A DNA stretch of 64,000 nt from Thermodesulfobacteriota bacterium (GCA_965216785.1 OZ244197.1:1920001-1984000); one strand, 5' to 3'; shown: positions 19,905 to 29,731, counted from the stretch's first letter. Notes: generated by a model from the sequence alone, not told the origin. Made by a program: numbers and translations.

Positions 19905-20108
19905 CCTGGTTCCTCCTTTAATTATTAACCATCCATTGTACATTATTTTTAATCAAAATTGAAGGTGGAAAAACTACGGCGACTCCGACATTTGTGGAAT
20001 GTGGGAGTGGCGGGGTTTTTAAAGGCTAATAATTACCGCGCAATTGGCAATTTTATCCCGTTTGTTATAAAATACTGTATTAGCTAGTTTCCAAGAGGAG
20101 GATTCAAG

Positions 20109-20909
20109 ATGATTTCAATAAATAATATTAAACGATCAAGTTTCATTTTATTTGTGTTATTGTTAGCGACATTTATTGCAGGGCCTACCCAGCAAGTGTC
20201 TGCAACCGACTTTCCGGGGCCGGATGCTTTTGGGTATGTAGGGACTACTGTCCCATTCAATCTGCGTGATGTTAGTGCTACGGGTACAAATGTGCCGCTT
20301 AGTGATGATGAAGTGAGCGGTGCAATACAAATACCGTTTCTATTTAACTTTTATGGGATTGTCTATACTCAGCTATTTATTTCATCCAATGGTTTTATAA
20401 AATTCACGGGCGGCGGCAGCAGCGGATGCTGCTCTGGGGAACCGATACCAACAGCAGGCGGTGATGCCGATAATCTTATCGCCGGCTGGTGGAACGACTT
20501 GTACCCACCAGGAAGCGGGGAAGTCCGCTACCAGACATTGGGCGCTGAAGGAAGCAGGGAGTTTGTAGTTGGTTTTTATAACATGCAGTATTGCTGCGGC
20601 GGTAGTACCAATGTCACATTCGAGATGATACTTCACGAGGAGACCCAGGATATTGAGCTTCAGTACGCGTCCGCGCCCGGGCGACCCGGCGGCAGCAATA
20701 CGAGCGTGGGTATCGAAAACAATAACGGCAGAGTCGGCTTGCAGGTTGCTTTTGGAGAATTCGATTTTAATGATCAGGGATTCCTGCTCTCTCCGGAAGG
20801 AAGAGTCAGGCCTATCCCGACGCTTTCCGAGTGGGGCCTTTTGGCCATGGCGGGAGTTTTGGGAATCGTAGGGCTCTTAGCAGTCCGCAGAAGAAAAGCC
20901 ACGGCGTAA
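20109..20909 (+). CDS. IPTL-CTERM surface protein (nidogen/NIDO-like passenger)
   Basis: Signal peptide; DDEVSGAIQIPFLFNFYG..ISSNG, IAGWWNDL; tail RPIPTLSEWGLLAMAGVLGIVGLLAVRRRK. Confidence 0.88.
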   Translation: MISINNIKRSSFILFVLLLATFIAGPTQQVSATDFPGPDAFGYVGTTVPFNLRDVSATGTNVPLSDDEVSGAIQIPFLFNFYGIVYTQLFISSNGFIKFTGGGSSGCCSGEPIPTAGGDADNLIAGWWNDLYPPGSGEVRYQTLGAEGSREFVVGFYNMQYCCGGSTNVTFEMILHEETQDIELQYASAPGRPGGSNTSVGIENNNGRVGLQVAFGEFDFNDQGFLLSPEGRVRPIPTLSEWGLLAMAGVLGIVGLLAVRRRKATA

Positions 20910-20945
20910 CTACTCGCGGTAACAAATAGAAAAACTAAAGTAAGG

Positions 20946-20970
20946 AAAGGGAGCTTCGGCTCCCTTTTTT
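20946..20970 (+). terminator. Intrinsic terminator GGGAGC-TTCG-GCTCCC
   Basis: Hairpin followed by T run. Confidence 0.9.
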
Positions 20971-21115
20971 ATTTCCGCCATTACCTTCTGCACCTTTTCC
21001 GCGAACACAAGCTCTTCGAGCATGACAAATCCTCCGGTTAACAAATAGCAATAAAAATAAAATGTGCTATTATAGAAATGTATTCGCTACATTTCTTAGA
21101 AGGAGGATAGTTACG

Positions 21116-21925
21116 ATGAAAAAAGTTAGTTATATCTTATTTTTACCGCTTGTTTTATGCTCATTTCTTCTCATGGGTTTTGTTCTACCGCCTGACGAGG
21201 ATAATCTTGTCGTGAACGGCAGCTTTGAGACCGGCGACTTCACCGGATGGATCCGGGATGATATTAGCGGGGCCGGCATCTGGGACGTTTACACAGGCAC
21301 GCCGCCGCCTTTATTCTTCCCTCCGCCAGTCGGCGATTTCGCAGCTACCACTTTTCAGATGAGTCCCGACTCGAATATCCTTTATCAGGACATTCAGCTG
21401 CCCGAGAATTCAGAAATAACGTGCTCGGCGATCGTGTACTACGTAAACGAGGCTTTAATCGGTGGTGGTGGTGTGGAGTCCGAAACCTTCACTAAAGGTC
21501 TTGTTGCCGCAGATCCCGGTGATGTGACAGCCGAGCGCATATTCATCATAGGCGACGGGCTGACTTTAAATCAACCAAATCAGCAGTACAGGGTGGACAT
21601 TATGGACCCGGACGCGCCTCCCTTCGATACTGGCGCGGGAGTGCTGATGAACCTTTTCCAGACACTGCCAGGAGATCCGGACATACGTGATTATACGACC
21701 CTTAATTTCGACCTCACCCCTTACGCAGGACAGACGGTGAGGATAAGGGCGGCTGTTGCCGTAACGGAAAACCCGCTGTTTGGCGCGATAGACGCTGTAA
21801 CGTGTGCTTGGGTACCTACAGCAAGACCGATCCCAACCTTGTCTCAGTGGGGGCTGATCGCTATGGCAGGGTTGATTGGAATCATAGGGCTTCTTGCTGT
21901 CAGGAGAAAGAGGCTGACCGCTTAA
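21116..21925 (+). CDS. IPTL-CTERM surface protein (jelly-roll/CBM-like passenger)
   Basis: AGGAGG SD before MKKVSY; NGSFETGDFTGW, LYQDI, DLTPYAGQTVRI; tail RPIPTLSQWG...RRKR. Confidence 0.88.
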   Translation: MKKVSYILFLPLVLCSFLLMGFVLPPDEDNLVVNGSFETGDFTGWIRDDISGAGIWDVYTGTPPPLFFPPPVGDFAATTFQMSPDSNILYQDIQLPENSEITCSAIVYYVNEALIGGGGVESETFTKGLVAADPGDVTAERIFIIGDGLTLNQPNQQYRVDIMDPDAPPFDTGAGVLMNLFQTLPGDPDIRDYTTLNFDLTPYAGQTVRIRAAVAVTENPLFGAIDAVTCAWVPTARPIPTLSQWGLIAMAGLIGIIGLLAVRRKRLTA

Positions 21926-21959
21926 AAAAGCCCGAGGAAATAACTTAAATTTACTAAAC

Positions 21960-21983
21960 AAAAAGGGAGCTTCGGCTCCCTTT
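21960..21983 (+). terminator. Intrinsic terminator GGGAGC-TTCG-GCTCCC
   Basis: Same hairpin as 20946 and 23060. Confidence 0.85.
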
Positions 21984-22074
21984 GTTATGTCTTTTATAAT
22001 CATTGCTTTTATTTTCAATATTGCTATAATGCTGTTTAAGTACTGTTTTTAAATCTGCATGAGGAGGAAACAAG

Positions 22075-23031
22075 ATGAGGAACTTACTTGTATTAACTAT
22101 ATTCGCGGTATCTTTAGGCTTTTTCTTTACCCCTGCGTCACAAGCAGGAATTGCTCTACCGCCGCTCTGGCAGGACAACTTCGGCGATGAGCTTGAAGAC
22201 GTTTCAGACTGTGACGACTGCGAGGAGATGATTACGCTACCCATCCCGTTCCCGTTTAACGGCAACACCTACAATACGGCGTATGTGGGTTCGAACGGCT
22301 GTATACAGTTTGACGGCCTGGGCCTGGACGATGAAATAGACTATGACCACTGGAATTATATGGAAGAATTTTTGGCCGACTCAGACCCCGACAACCCCGA
22401 GATTTGTCCTTTCAATACCGACCTTGACACTGAAGAGGGCGGCACGGTTTATTATAACAACTCAAGTAACCCATTAATAATAACCTGGGACGGAGTTGCC
22501 GCTCATAACGATACCGATATTATTAATACATTCCAGATACTTTTATACCTAGACGGAAGTATAGTGCTCAGCTTCAACGGTATCGGAGTAGGTGAAGATT
22601 TATTAGATCTCGATGGAGGCATAGTAGTCGGCGTTACACCAAGCGACTTCCCGTTTGACGGCGAGCTTTTCGTTCCGGGCGACCCGGGCCCCAATGATCT
22701 AAATTCAGGTACAGCGGCTTACAACCGGGCCACAATCTACGAGCGCTGGTGCTATGATGAGGCCAACTCGTGCGGAGTCGAGGGAAGTGACACCGGACTT
22801 CCCGGGCCTATTAACACAGCGTTTGACCTGGACTTTCAGAGCGTTTGCTTTGCTCCTATAGGAGCGGGATTTCAAGTATCGAGCGCCGGAGAGGAAAACC
22901 CGGCCTTTGTTTGCGCGGCGATGTTGGTAAGGCCGATACCGACGCTTTCAGAGTGGGGACTGATCGCTATGGCCGGAGTATTGGGCATAGTTGGGTTGTT
23001 GGTTCTCAGAAGAAGAAATGTGACGGCTTAA
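22075..23031 (+). CDS. IPTL-CTERM surface protein (acidic nidogen/NIDO-like passenger)
   Basis: Signal peptide; LPIPFPFNGNTYNTAYVGSNG, NTFQILL; tail RPIPTLSEWG...RRRN. Confidence 0.88.
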   Translation: MRNLLVLTIFAVSLGFFFTPASQAGIALPPLWQDNFGDELEDVSDCDDCEEMITLPIPFPFNGNTYNTAYVGSNGCIQFDGLGLDDEIDYDHWNYMEEFLADSDPDNPEICPFNTDLDTEEGGTVYYNNSSNPLIITWDGVAAHNDTDIINTFQILLYLDGSIVLSFNGIGVGEDLLDLDGGIVVGVTPSDFPFDGELFVPGDPGPNDLNSGTAAYNRATIYERWCYDEANSCGVEGSDTGLPGPINTAFDLDFQSVCFAPIGAGFQVSSAGEENPAFVCAAMLVRPIPTLSEWGLIAMAGVLGIVGLLVLRRRNVTA

Positions 23032-23059
23032 TCCAAGCCTGAATACAAATAAAATAAAT

Positions 23060-23090
23060 AAAAAAGGGAGCTTCGGCTCCCTTTTTTTTT
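23060..23090 (+). terminator. Intrinsic terminator GGGAGC-TTCG-GCTCCC
   Basis: Hairpin with long T run. Confidence 0.9.
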
Positions 23091-23221
23091 GTGTCATTTT
23101 TCTGCTCCCGTATGAAGTTAATGTAAAGAAATCCTTGCATTTTTCGTAGAGTTATTTTAAATTGTCTATGGTATTTTTTTATGTAATCTATACCCATTAA
23201 GGAACACTCGGAGGCTTAACC

Positions 23222-24661
23222 ATGGCTAAGAAGGCGACCAAGAAAAAATCAAACGGAAAAGCGAACGGAAAAGGAAACGGCAAGGGCAAGAAGATGCAGG
23301 AGCTTAGCGAGAGGTATCAGGCGGCTCTTGACTACCCACTGTTCGACTCTATTTTCAACAGACGCTCGCGCCGCTTCGGGCTCGGGATGAAGCTCGAGGA
23401 CGAGGACCTCGGGTTTGAGTCAAAGTACGACCCGGTGCCTCTTGAGGAAATGGAGGAAGCCCTTATAGCTTGGTCGGGCACGGGGCTCACAGGGCTCTGC
23501 CTGGCTGACCTTCCGCCGGAGACTGGTATTGATCTCCTATGTCAGTGGACAGGGCGCACATGGCCTTCCGCGTGCAACAACCACGGCACAGAGCTGTTCT
23601 TCACAAACGACGAGGGTCTTTACCACGTTGACGTAAAGCACATGCTGCCCAAGCACCATGAGCTGGATATGTTCTTTAAGATGGACCGTGAGGACAGGAT
23701 CGCGCGCCTTATGGAGCTATACCGTGAGAGCCTCGTAAAGCTTGAGGACGGAAGGGCCGATCTGCCGGACCGTATGCCGGGGCTGTTCAACTTTAACGAA
23801 TGGAACACCAATAAGCCCGGCACTTCAGTGTATATCCCCGTGACGGATATTACTGAGGAGTATCTAAACCTACTACATCTATACTGCAGCAATACATATG
23901 GCTTTACTATAATCGACGACCTTACGGGTAAGCCAGCGGGTATTAGCAAATGGATTAAGAAGGGCAGGCTTAAAGACAGCGTCAAGATGTCTCTCTTTGA
24001 CCTTGAGGTCAGGATCCTCACGGGTCTTAACGTCGAGCAGGCTTTTATCTGCCAGAACATGAGCCTTGCGCTCCAGCCGCTGGGGCTTGCCGGGTGGACG
24101 TTCAGCGGGTTTATTCCCCGCTTCGCACTGGGCGCCGCTCCCGATCTGTTTAAGGGGCTAGGGTTCAGGTTTATACAGCCAAAGAAAGGAGCCATCGATC
24201 CGCCGGCGACGATCCCCGTGGGCAGGGACGGCGTGTTTGAGGCATACGCCCCGCCGTACTATAAGAACATGGACGAGGCCATTGACGCATTCCACGAGCA
24301 CAAGAACGCCGCTTGGGAGCCGGATAAACCCTTCCCATACAAAGAGCCGGATAAGCTATTGATGAGAGCCCCCAAGCCGACTGAGACCACTAAGCAGATT
24401 GTTAAAGACGTGGCCAATTACATTTACGACACATACGGGCGTTTTCCGGCATTCGTTGACCCGATGTATATGCGCCTTGTGTTTCAGGCAATGAACATTG
24501 ACGTCGAGTTTTATGACGAGCACTACCCTAAAGGCTCCTATTCGGAAATGCACCTGAACCGCTTCCTCGATCATCATCCCGAGGCAGCCGGAAAGGCGGG
24601 GGCAAAAGTGGGCAAAAAAACTGCGACAAAAACAGCGGCTAAAAGAAAGATGAAAGCTTAA
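23222..24661 (+). CDS. Hypothetical protein, possible nitroreductase-like FMN-binding fold, with Lys-rich termini
   Basis: 479 aa, GGAGG SD; IFNRRSRRF and WPSACN resemble nitroreductase RRSxR and PSAxN. Confidence 0.6.
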   Translation: MAKKATKKKSNGKANGKGNGKGKKMQELSERYQAALDYPLFDSIFNRRSRRFGLGMKLEDEDLGFESKYDPVPLEEMEEALIAWSGTGLTGLCLADLPPETGIDLLCQWTGRTWPSACNNHGTELFFTNDEGLYHVDVKHMLPKHHELDMFFKMDREDRIARLMELYRESLVKLEDGRADLPDRMPGLFNFNEWNTNKPGTSVYIPVTDITEEYLNLLHLYCSNTYGFTIIDDLTGKPAGISKWIKKGRLKDSVKMSLFDLEVRILTGLNVEQAFICQNMSLALQPLGLAGWTFSGFIPRFALGAAPDLFKGLGFRFIQPKKGAIDPPATIPVGRDGVFEAYAPPYYKNMDEAIDAFHEHKNAAWEPDKPFPYKEPDKLLMRAPKPTETTKQIVKDVANYIYDTYGRFPAFVDPMYMRLVFQAMNIDVEFYDEHYPKGSYSEMHLNRFLDHHPEAAGKAGAKVGKKTATKTAAKRKMKA

Positions 24662-24819
24662 CTTGCCCGTATGGGAGTTCGGCAGTACTATTAGCCACAA
24701 GAGCGGTTTTTTGGATGGAAAGCAAGAATAATTAACTCTAAACACTTGACAACTATTAAGAAATTATCTAAAGTGGAGATGGGTCAGAATTATATTACAA
24801 ACTCGGATGGGGGTTAACC

Positions 24820-25107
24820 ATGAAACGTTCAGACATTGAAAAAGAGCTCGCAGACAGATTTAATTTACAACCTTCTCAGTCCGAGCAGATATTGGATACG
24901 ATTATCGAGCACATGACCGAAGTGCTTGAGGACGGCGGCAGGATTGAGATTAGAGGGTTCGGGAGTTTCTTTACCAAGAGTTACGGATCTTACGAGGGAC
25001 GCAACCCTAGGACCGGCGAGCGCGTTACCGTTTCTGAGAAAAAGCTGCCACATTTCAGACCGAGTAGAGAGCTGATCGGAAAGCTAAACGGCGAAGAAGG
25101 CTCTTAA
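24820..25107 (+). CDS. ihfB: Integration host factor beta / HU family protein
   Basis: RIEIRGFGSF, GRNPRTGE, PHFRPSREL. Confidence 0.85.
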   Translation: MKRSDIEKELADRFNLQPSQSEQILDTIIEHMTEVLEDGGRIEIRGFGSFFTKSYGSYEGRNPRTGERVTVSEKKLPHFRPSRELIGKLNGEEGS

Positions 25108-25151
25108 CCAAAGCTTATCTGAATTATTCCCCCCCCCCCGCGTATTCCAGG

Positions 25152-25250
25152 CACTTTATATTATTCCTGCAAGTATCGCACTACTACGCTCACCTTCTTA
25201 ATTCTATTCCTACGGGCATCGCTGTGAAGCGCTCGCCTCTGCCCCCCCCC
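25152..25250 (+). repeat. Two degenerate tandem copies of the ~48-bp repeat family (reverse orientation relative to the 35215 array)
   Basis: ctttatattattcctgcaagtatcgcactactacgctcacc and cttaattctattcctacgggcatcgctgtgaagcgctcgcctctgcc align to the reverse complement of the 35215 unit. Confidence 0.65.
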
Positions 25251-25287
25251 AATTGACAATTAAGAGTGTTTAGATAGCATTTTTTAT

Positions 25288-25860
25288 ATGGCGCTTCGTA
25301 AGATTTTATTATATCCGGACAGTTTTCTTAGAAAAAAATGCAAGCCCGTCGAGGAGATCGACGGAGAGCTGCTGGAGCTCCTGGACGATATGGCCGATAC
25401 CATGTACGCCGCCCCGGGCGTAGGGCTTGCGGCTCCCCAAGTAGGGGTCGATAAAAGAATTATCGTAGTCGATGTTGTCCCGAGTGTAGAGAGGGACCCT
25501 GAAGAGGGGGAAGAAGGGGAAGAGGAAGAGTACGACAGGCGGGGGCTTATAGAGCTTATTAACCCCGAGATCGTTTTCTCTGAAGGGGAGATCATCGGCG
25601 AGGAGGGGTGCCTGAGCATCCCCGGGTTTCTGAGCGATGTGAAGCGCAAGGGGGTTGTTACCGTCGAGGGATATAACCGTGAAGGAGAGCCGGTCGCGTA
25701 TGAAGCGCAGGAGCTTCTCTCACGTGTTTTCCAGCACGAGATCGATCACCTGGACGGAGTGCTGTTCATAGACAGGCTCGGAAGGCTCAAGCGCGAGCTG
25801 TTGCTGAGGAAAATAGAGAAGACGCTTGGAAAAGAGCAAAAGAAGTATGCTGTGTTATGA
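25288..25860 (+). CDS. def: Peptide deformylase
   Basis: GVGLAAPQVG, EGCLSIPG, QHEIDHLDG. Confidence 0.97.
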   Translation: MALRKILLYPDSFLRKKCKPVEEIDGELLELLDDMADTMYAAPGVGLAAPQVGVDKRIIVVDVVPSVERDPEEGEEGEEEEYDRRGLIELINPEIVFSEGEIIGEEGCLSIPGFLSDVKRKGVVTVEGYNREGEPVAYEAQELLSRVFQHEIDHLDGVLFIDRLGRLKRELLLRKIEKTLGKEQKKYAVL

Positions 25861-25885
25861 TTCCTCACCGGCGCCAAGATAGTAA

Positions 25886-25921
25886 GAGATTGCCGCGCTC
25901 GCTTTGCTCTCTCGCAATGAC
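25886..25921. repeat. REP-like repeat GATTGC...CTCGCAATGAC, copy 2
   Basis: gagattgccgcgctcgctttgctctctcgcaatgac. Confidence 0.65.
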
Positions 25922-25986
25922 TTAGTTCATTTAGGTTAATCTATTTATCTAGACAACACTATTCTTTACACATAGAATTAACCCCC

Positions 25987-27141
25987 ATGCCGTCAAAGCT
26001 TTCAGAAGAGCTGTCCCCGTTTTACGTGATGGAAGTGCTCGAGCGGGCTCAGGAGATCGAGTCCGGTGGAGATAGGGTTATACACTTTGAGGTCGGGGAG
26101 CCGGACTTTCCAACGCCTGCCTCCGTCACGGAGGAAGCGCTCCGTGCGATGACGGAGGGCGATACGAAGTACACCCACAGCCTCGGGGTCTTTGAGCTTC
26201 GTGATGCTATCGCCGAGGATTACCTGGCTACCTACGGTATAGAGATATCACCCGAGCGCGTGGTGGTGACAATGGGCAGCTCGCCCGCGCTGCTGGTATC
26301 GATGCTCTCTATCATAGAGCCCGGAGAGGAGATAATTATCACAGATCCTCACTACGCATGTTATCCCCAGATTATTAAAGTCGCAGGCGGCGTGCCCAAG
26401 CGCGTTCCTATATTTGAGGATGAGGGGTTTCAGATAGATACGGGAAGGCTTAAGGACGCTATTAGCTCAAACGCGAAGACGGTACTCATTAACTCCCCGG
26501 CAAATCCAACGGGGGCGGTGCTGAGCGCTGATGTAATGCAAAAGATAGCGGAGCTTGGAATATTTGTAATTTCCGACGAGATTTATCACGGGCTTAATTA
26601 CAGTACAAAGGCAAACACAATATACGAGTTCACCGAGAACGCTTTTGTAGTAAACGGGTTTTCGAAATACTATTCCATGACTGGCTGGCGGCTCGGGTAT
26701 CTGATTGTGCCTACAGAGTACGTCCGGCCCGTGCAGAAGCTTCAGCAGAACCTTTTCATCTCGGCAAACCCTTTTGTGCAGAGGGGCGGGATCGCGGCGC
26801 TTAAAAGCGCGAAGAAGGATGCCCGGGATATGGTCACTGAGTTTGATCTCAGGAGAAAGAAGATGATAGAGGGCGTGAGGGAGCTTGGGTTTGAGCTTGC
26901 CCACGAGCCCAAAGGGGCGTTTTACGTATTCGTAAACGCGTCCCGGCTGAATGCCGATTCGCGCGAGCTTGCGTTCGACATACTGGAGAAAGCGCATGTG
27001 GCTGTAACGCCGGGCATCGACTTTGGCTCCGGAGGGGAGGGGTATCTGAGGTTTTCCTACGCGGTTTCACTTGAGGACATTGGAGAGGGGATAAACCGGC
27101 TGGCGAAATACATAAACCAAATAAAGGGCGGACGGAAATGA
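25987..27141 (+). CDS. PLP-dependent aminotransferase class I/II (aspartate aminotransferase-like)
   Basis: GEPDF, NSPANPTG, SDEIY, GFSKYYSMTGWRLG, YLRFSYA. Confidence 0.95.
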   Translation: MPSKLSEELSPFYVMEVLERAQEIESGGDRVIHFEVGEPDFPTPASVTEEALRAMTEGDTKYTHSLGVFELRDAIAEDYLATYGIEISPERVVVTMGSSPALLVSMLSIIEPGEEIIITDPHYACYPQIIKVAGGVPKRVPIFEDEGFQIDTGRLKDAISSNAKTVLINSPANPTGAVLSADVMQKIAELGIFVISDEIYHGLNYSTKANTIYEFTENAFVVNGFSKYYSMTGWRLGYLIVPTEYVRPVQKLQQNLFISANPFVQRGGIAALKSAKKDARDMVTEFDLRRKKMIEGVRELGFELAHEPKGAFYVFVNASRLNADSRELAFDILEKAHVAVTPGIDFGSGGEGYLRFSYAVSLEDIGEGINRLAKYINQIKGGRK

Positions 27142-28349
27142 TCCCGGCGATTAACGAAATAGATATAGTAGAGAAGAGGGTGTTTATCAGGGCAGACCTG
27201 GACGTGTCTTTAACACCTGAGGGGGAAGTTGCCGACGACTCGAAAATTTTTCGCGCCCTGCGTACTGTGCGCTACGCGATAGGACAAAAAGCTAAAGTTA
27301 TATTGGGATCAAATTTTGGCAGACCGGGAGGTAAGCTGGACCATCGCTACTCTCTTGAAACTGTGGGCAGCAGGATCTCCGAAATGCTGAACTGCCGCAT
27401 TTATTTCACAGAGAACTCAGTAGGAAACGCGGTTAAAAAAGTAGTGAGTGACATGCTCCCCGGCGAGGTCATGCTGCTTGAGAATTTGGATTTTCATAAA
27501 CAAGAGCTTTCCTCCGGCTCTGAGTACGCCAAGGCTCTTTCAGAGACGGCGGACGTTTATGTGAACGACGCGTTCTCTGTATCAAACCAGAATAGAGCTT
27601 CTATGACCGCTATGCCGGAGTTCTTTGATAATGTCTCGATGGGGCTTGAGTTCAAGCGCGAGCTTGAGGGCTTAGAGGCAGTACGGAAACCTGAGCAGCC
27701 TTTTGTTGCAGTCCTCGGGGGGTCGAGAGTGAGCCGTAAGATCGGGTTTATGGAATCTATAATAGACAGAGTCAATACGTTTTTAATCGGCGGGGCGCTG
27801 GCCAACACTTTTTTAAATGCCAAGGGCATCGGCACCGGGAAGTCACGGATTGACCGGGCTTCAATATACCGGGCGAAGAAGCTCATATCGAGCGCGGCTA
27901 GCAGGAATATAGAGTTAATTCTGCCCGGTGATGTGATTGTGGCGGAAGGGAATTTGAGAAATCACGGTACTTGCTATATAATTTCACGCGAATCGATTCC
28001 GGGAGATTCTGAGATTATGGATATCGGCCCCGGAACTGTTAAGGAATTCAAAGCCCGACTCGAGGGCGCAGGTACTGTGCTCTGGAACGGGCCTCTGGGC
28101 GTTATTGAAAAGCCCGAATTTGTGAAAGGCTCAAGTGAAATTGCAGGAGCGCTCGGTGGTTCGGGCTCATTTACGGCTGCCCTGGGTGCTCACACTGCAG
28201 GTATATTAAACACTCTGGGAATTGAAGAGGGTAGCAGCGGGAGCAAAGAAAGCATAGATTTTATATCCTACGGCGGCGAGGCCTCGTTTGAGTATTTAGA
28301 GAGCGGGACGCTCCCGGCAATTACAGCATTAGAGAAGCGGATACGATGA
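27138..28349 (+). CDS. pgk: Phosphoglycerate kinase homologue with degenerate active site
   Basis: PGK fold motifs (LLENL, VYVNDAF, DIGP, WNGPLG) and position upstream of tpiA-secG, but many invariant residues are substituted. Confidence 0.8.
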   Translation: MIPAINEIDIVEKRVFIRADLDVSLTPEGEVADDSKIFRALRTVRYAIGQKAKVILGSNFGRPGGKLDHRYSLETVGSRISEMLNCRIYFTENSVGNAVKKVVSDMLPGEVMLLENLDFHKQELSSGSEYAKALSETADVYVNDAFSVSNQNRASMTAMPEFFDNVSMGLEFKRELEGLEAVRKPEQPFVAVLGGSRVSRKIGFMESIIDRVNTFLIGGALANTFLNAKGIGTGKSRIDRASIYRAKKLISSAASRNIELILPGDVIVAEGNLRNHGTCYIISRESIPGDSEIMDIGPGTVKEFKARLEGAGTVLWNGPLGVIEKPEFVKGSSEIAGALGGSGSFTAALGAHTAGILNTLGIEEGSSGSKESIDFISYGGEASFEYLESGTLPAITALEKRIR

Positions 28350-29104
28350 GAAAACCATTAATTGCGGCTAACTGGAAAATGAATATGCTCCGCTGGGAGG
28401 CGGAGGAACTGGCACGCTCTTTCCTTGAGAAAGTGCCCGACCTGACGGCATATACGGACGTTGTGCTGGTCCCCCCATATACCGTGCTTGATGTAGTAAG
28501 AGGGATTATTGACGGAACGCATGTTAAGCTCGGAGCGCAGAATGTTTTTTGGGAAGAGAGAGGGGCGTTCACGGGAGAGATATCCCCGGGCATGCTAAAA
28601 GACTCGGGATGTGAATGGGTAATTGTTGGGCACTCTGAGCGAAGGCACGTGCTCGGAGAGACAGACGATATGGTGAAGAAAAAGGCTCGGGCTGCGCTTG
28701 AGTACGGGCTTAATGTCATAGTCTGCGTCGGAGAGACTCTTGAAGAGCGTGAGAGCGGTAAACATATAAAGATTATCACAGGGCAGGTGGAAATTGCCCT
28801 TTCAGATCTTGAGCTTGAAACCCCTCATAGTCTCGTGATTGCGTATGAGCCTGTGTGGGCGATCGGGACGGGAAAACACGCTACTCCGGACGAGGCAAAT
28901 GATGTACAGGGTACAATTCGTGAAATAACAGGTAATATATACGGTGATAAGGCCGAAGACGTCAGGATCATATATGGCGGAAGTGTAACCCCCGATAACA
29001 TTAAAGAGCTAATCGGAGAGTCCCATATAGACGGCGCCCTCGTAGGCGGCGCGGGTCTTAAAGCCGAGTCATTGGCAAAAATAGTGCAAATTGCAGGAGA
29101 GTAA
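28346..29104 (+). CDS. tpiA: Triosephosphate isomerase
   Basis: ANWKMN, GHSERR, AYEPVWAIGTG, YGGSV. Confidence 0.97.
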   Translation: MRKPLIAANWKMNMLRWEAEELARSFLEKVPDLTAYTDVVLVPPYTVLDVVRGIIDGTHVKLGAQNVFWEERGAFTGEISPGMLKDSGCEWVIVGHSERRHVLGETDDMVKKKARAALEYGLNVIVCVGETLEERESGKHIKIITGQVEIALSDLELETPHSLVIAYEPVWAIGTGKHATPDEANDVQGTIREITGNIYGDKAEDVRIIYGGSVTPDNIKELIGESHIDGALVGGAGLKAESLAKIVQIAGE

Positions 29105-29110
29105 AGAAAA

Positions 29111-29611
29111 GTGGAACTATTAACACATGCGGTACAGATTATACAGGTAGTTGTCAGCATATTACTAATATTAGTGGTGCTTCTTCAGCCCGGAAAGAGC
29201 GGTGACCTGGGGTCGATTTTCGGAGGCGGTACCAGTGAGAGCGTATTCGGCGCGGCAGGCGCCGTGCCTTTTTTGGAGAAGCTAACGAGAGGGCTCGCGG
29301 TGCTGTTTATGGTTTCGTCCCTGGCGCTTGGGTTTTTTGCCGCCAAGGGAGGGACAAAATCGGTGATCACCGATGTGGCTCCTACAGCAGTAGAGCAGAC
29401 TATTCCCGATACCACGGCGACAACAGGGGATGAGGCCTTGGTTCCGGCGGATGAAAGTACGGATGCTACAGCTACAGAGCCGGCCGAGAACGCGGCGGCT
29501 ACAGACGGTGAGCCCGAGGCAACCGCGCCTGAGGCTCAAGATACAGCTGAATCACCGCCCGCAGAAGGCGGGGATGAAACCGCTCCTGAAGCTCAGGAAA
29601 CAACTCAGTAA
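29111..29611 (+). CDS. secG: Preprotein translocase subunit SecG with acidic C-terminal tail
   Basis: LVVLLQPGKSGDLGSIFGGG, LEKLT; follows tpiA. Confidence 0.93.
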   Translation: MELLTHAVQIIQVVVSILLILVVLLQPGKSGDLGSIFGGGTSESVFGAAGAVPFLEKLTRGLAVLFMVSSLALGFFAAKGGTKSVITDVAPTAVEQTIPDTTATTGDEALVPADESTDATATEPAENAAATDGEPEATAPEAQDTAESPPAEGGDETAPEAQETTQ

Positions 29612-29731
29612 GACTCAATATAGGAGTATTATTTTAGGATTTGGCTCATAGCAGGCGCTAGAGCTTCTTTTGCCTTGCGCGCTATTGGAGCATTAAGTAT
29701 ATTAACATCAATACTTTTTGGAGGTTTTTAA

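Noticed and set aside
18947-23090. Integron cassette array interpretation of the IPTL modules
   Set aside because: Hairpins are short terminators lacking attC R/L boxes, genes are in both orientations, and there is no intI
29612-29731. tRNA-Leu often found after secG
   Set aside because: No cloverleaf, T-loop GTTCRA or CCA end visible
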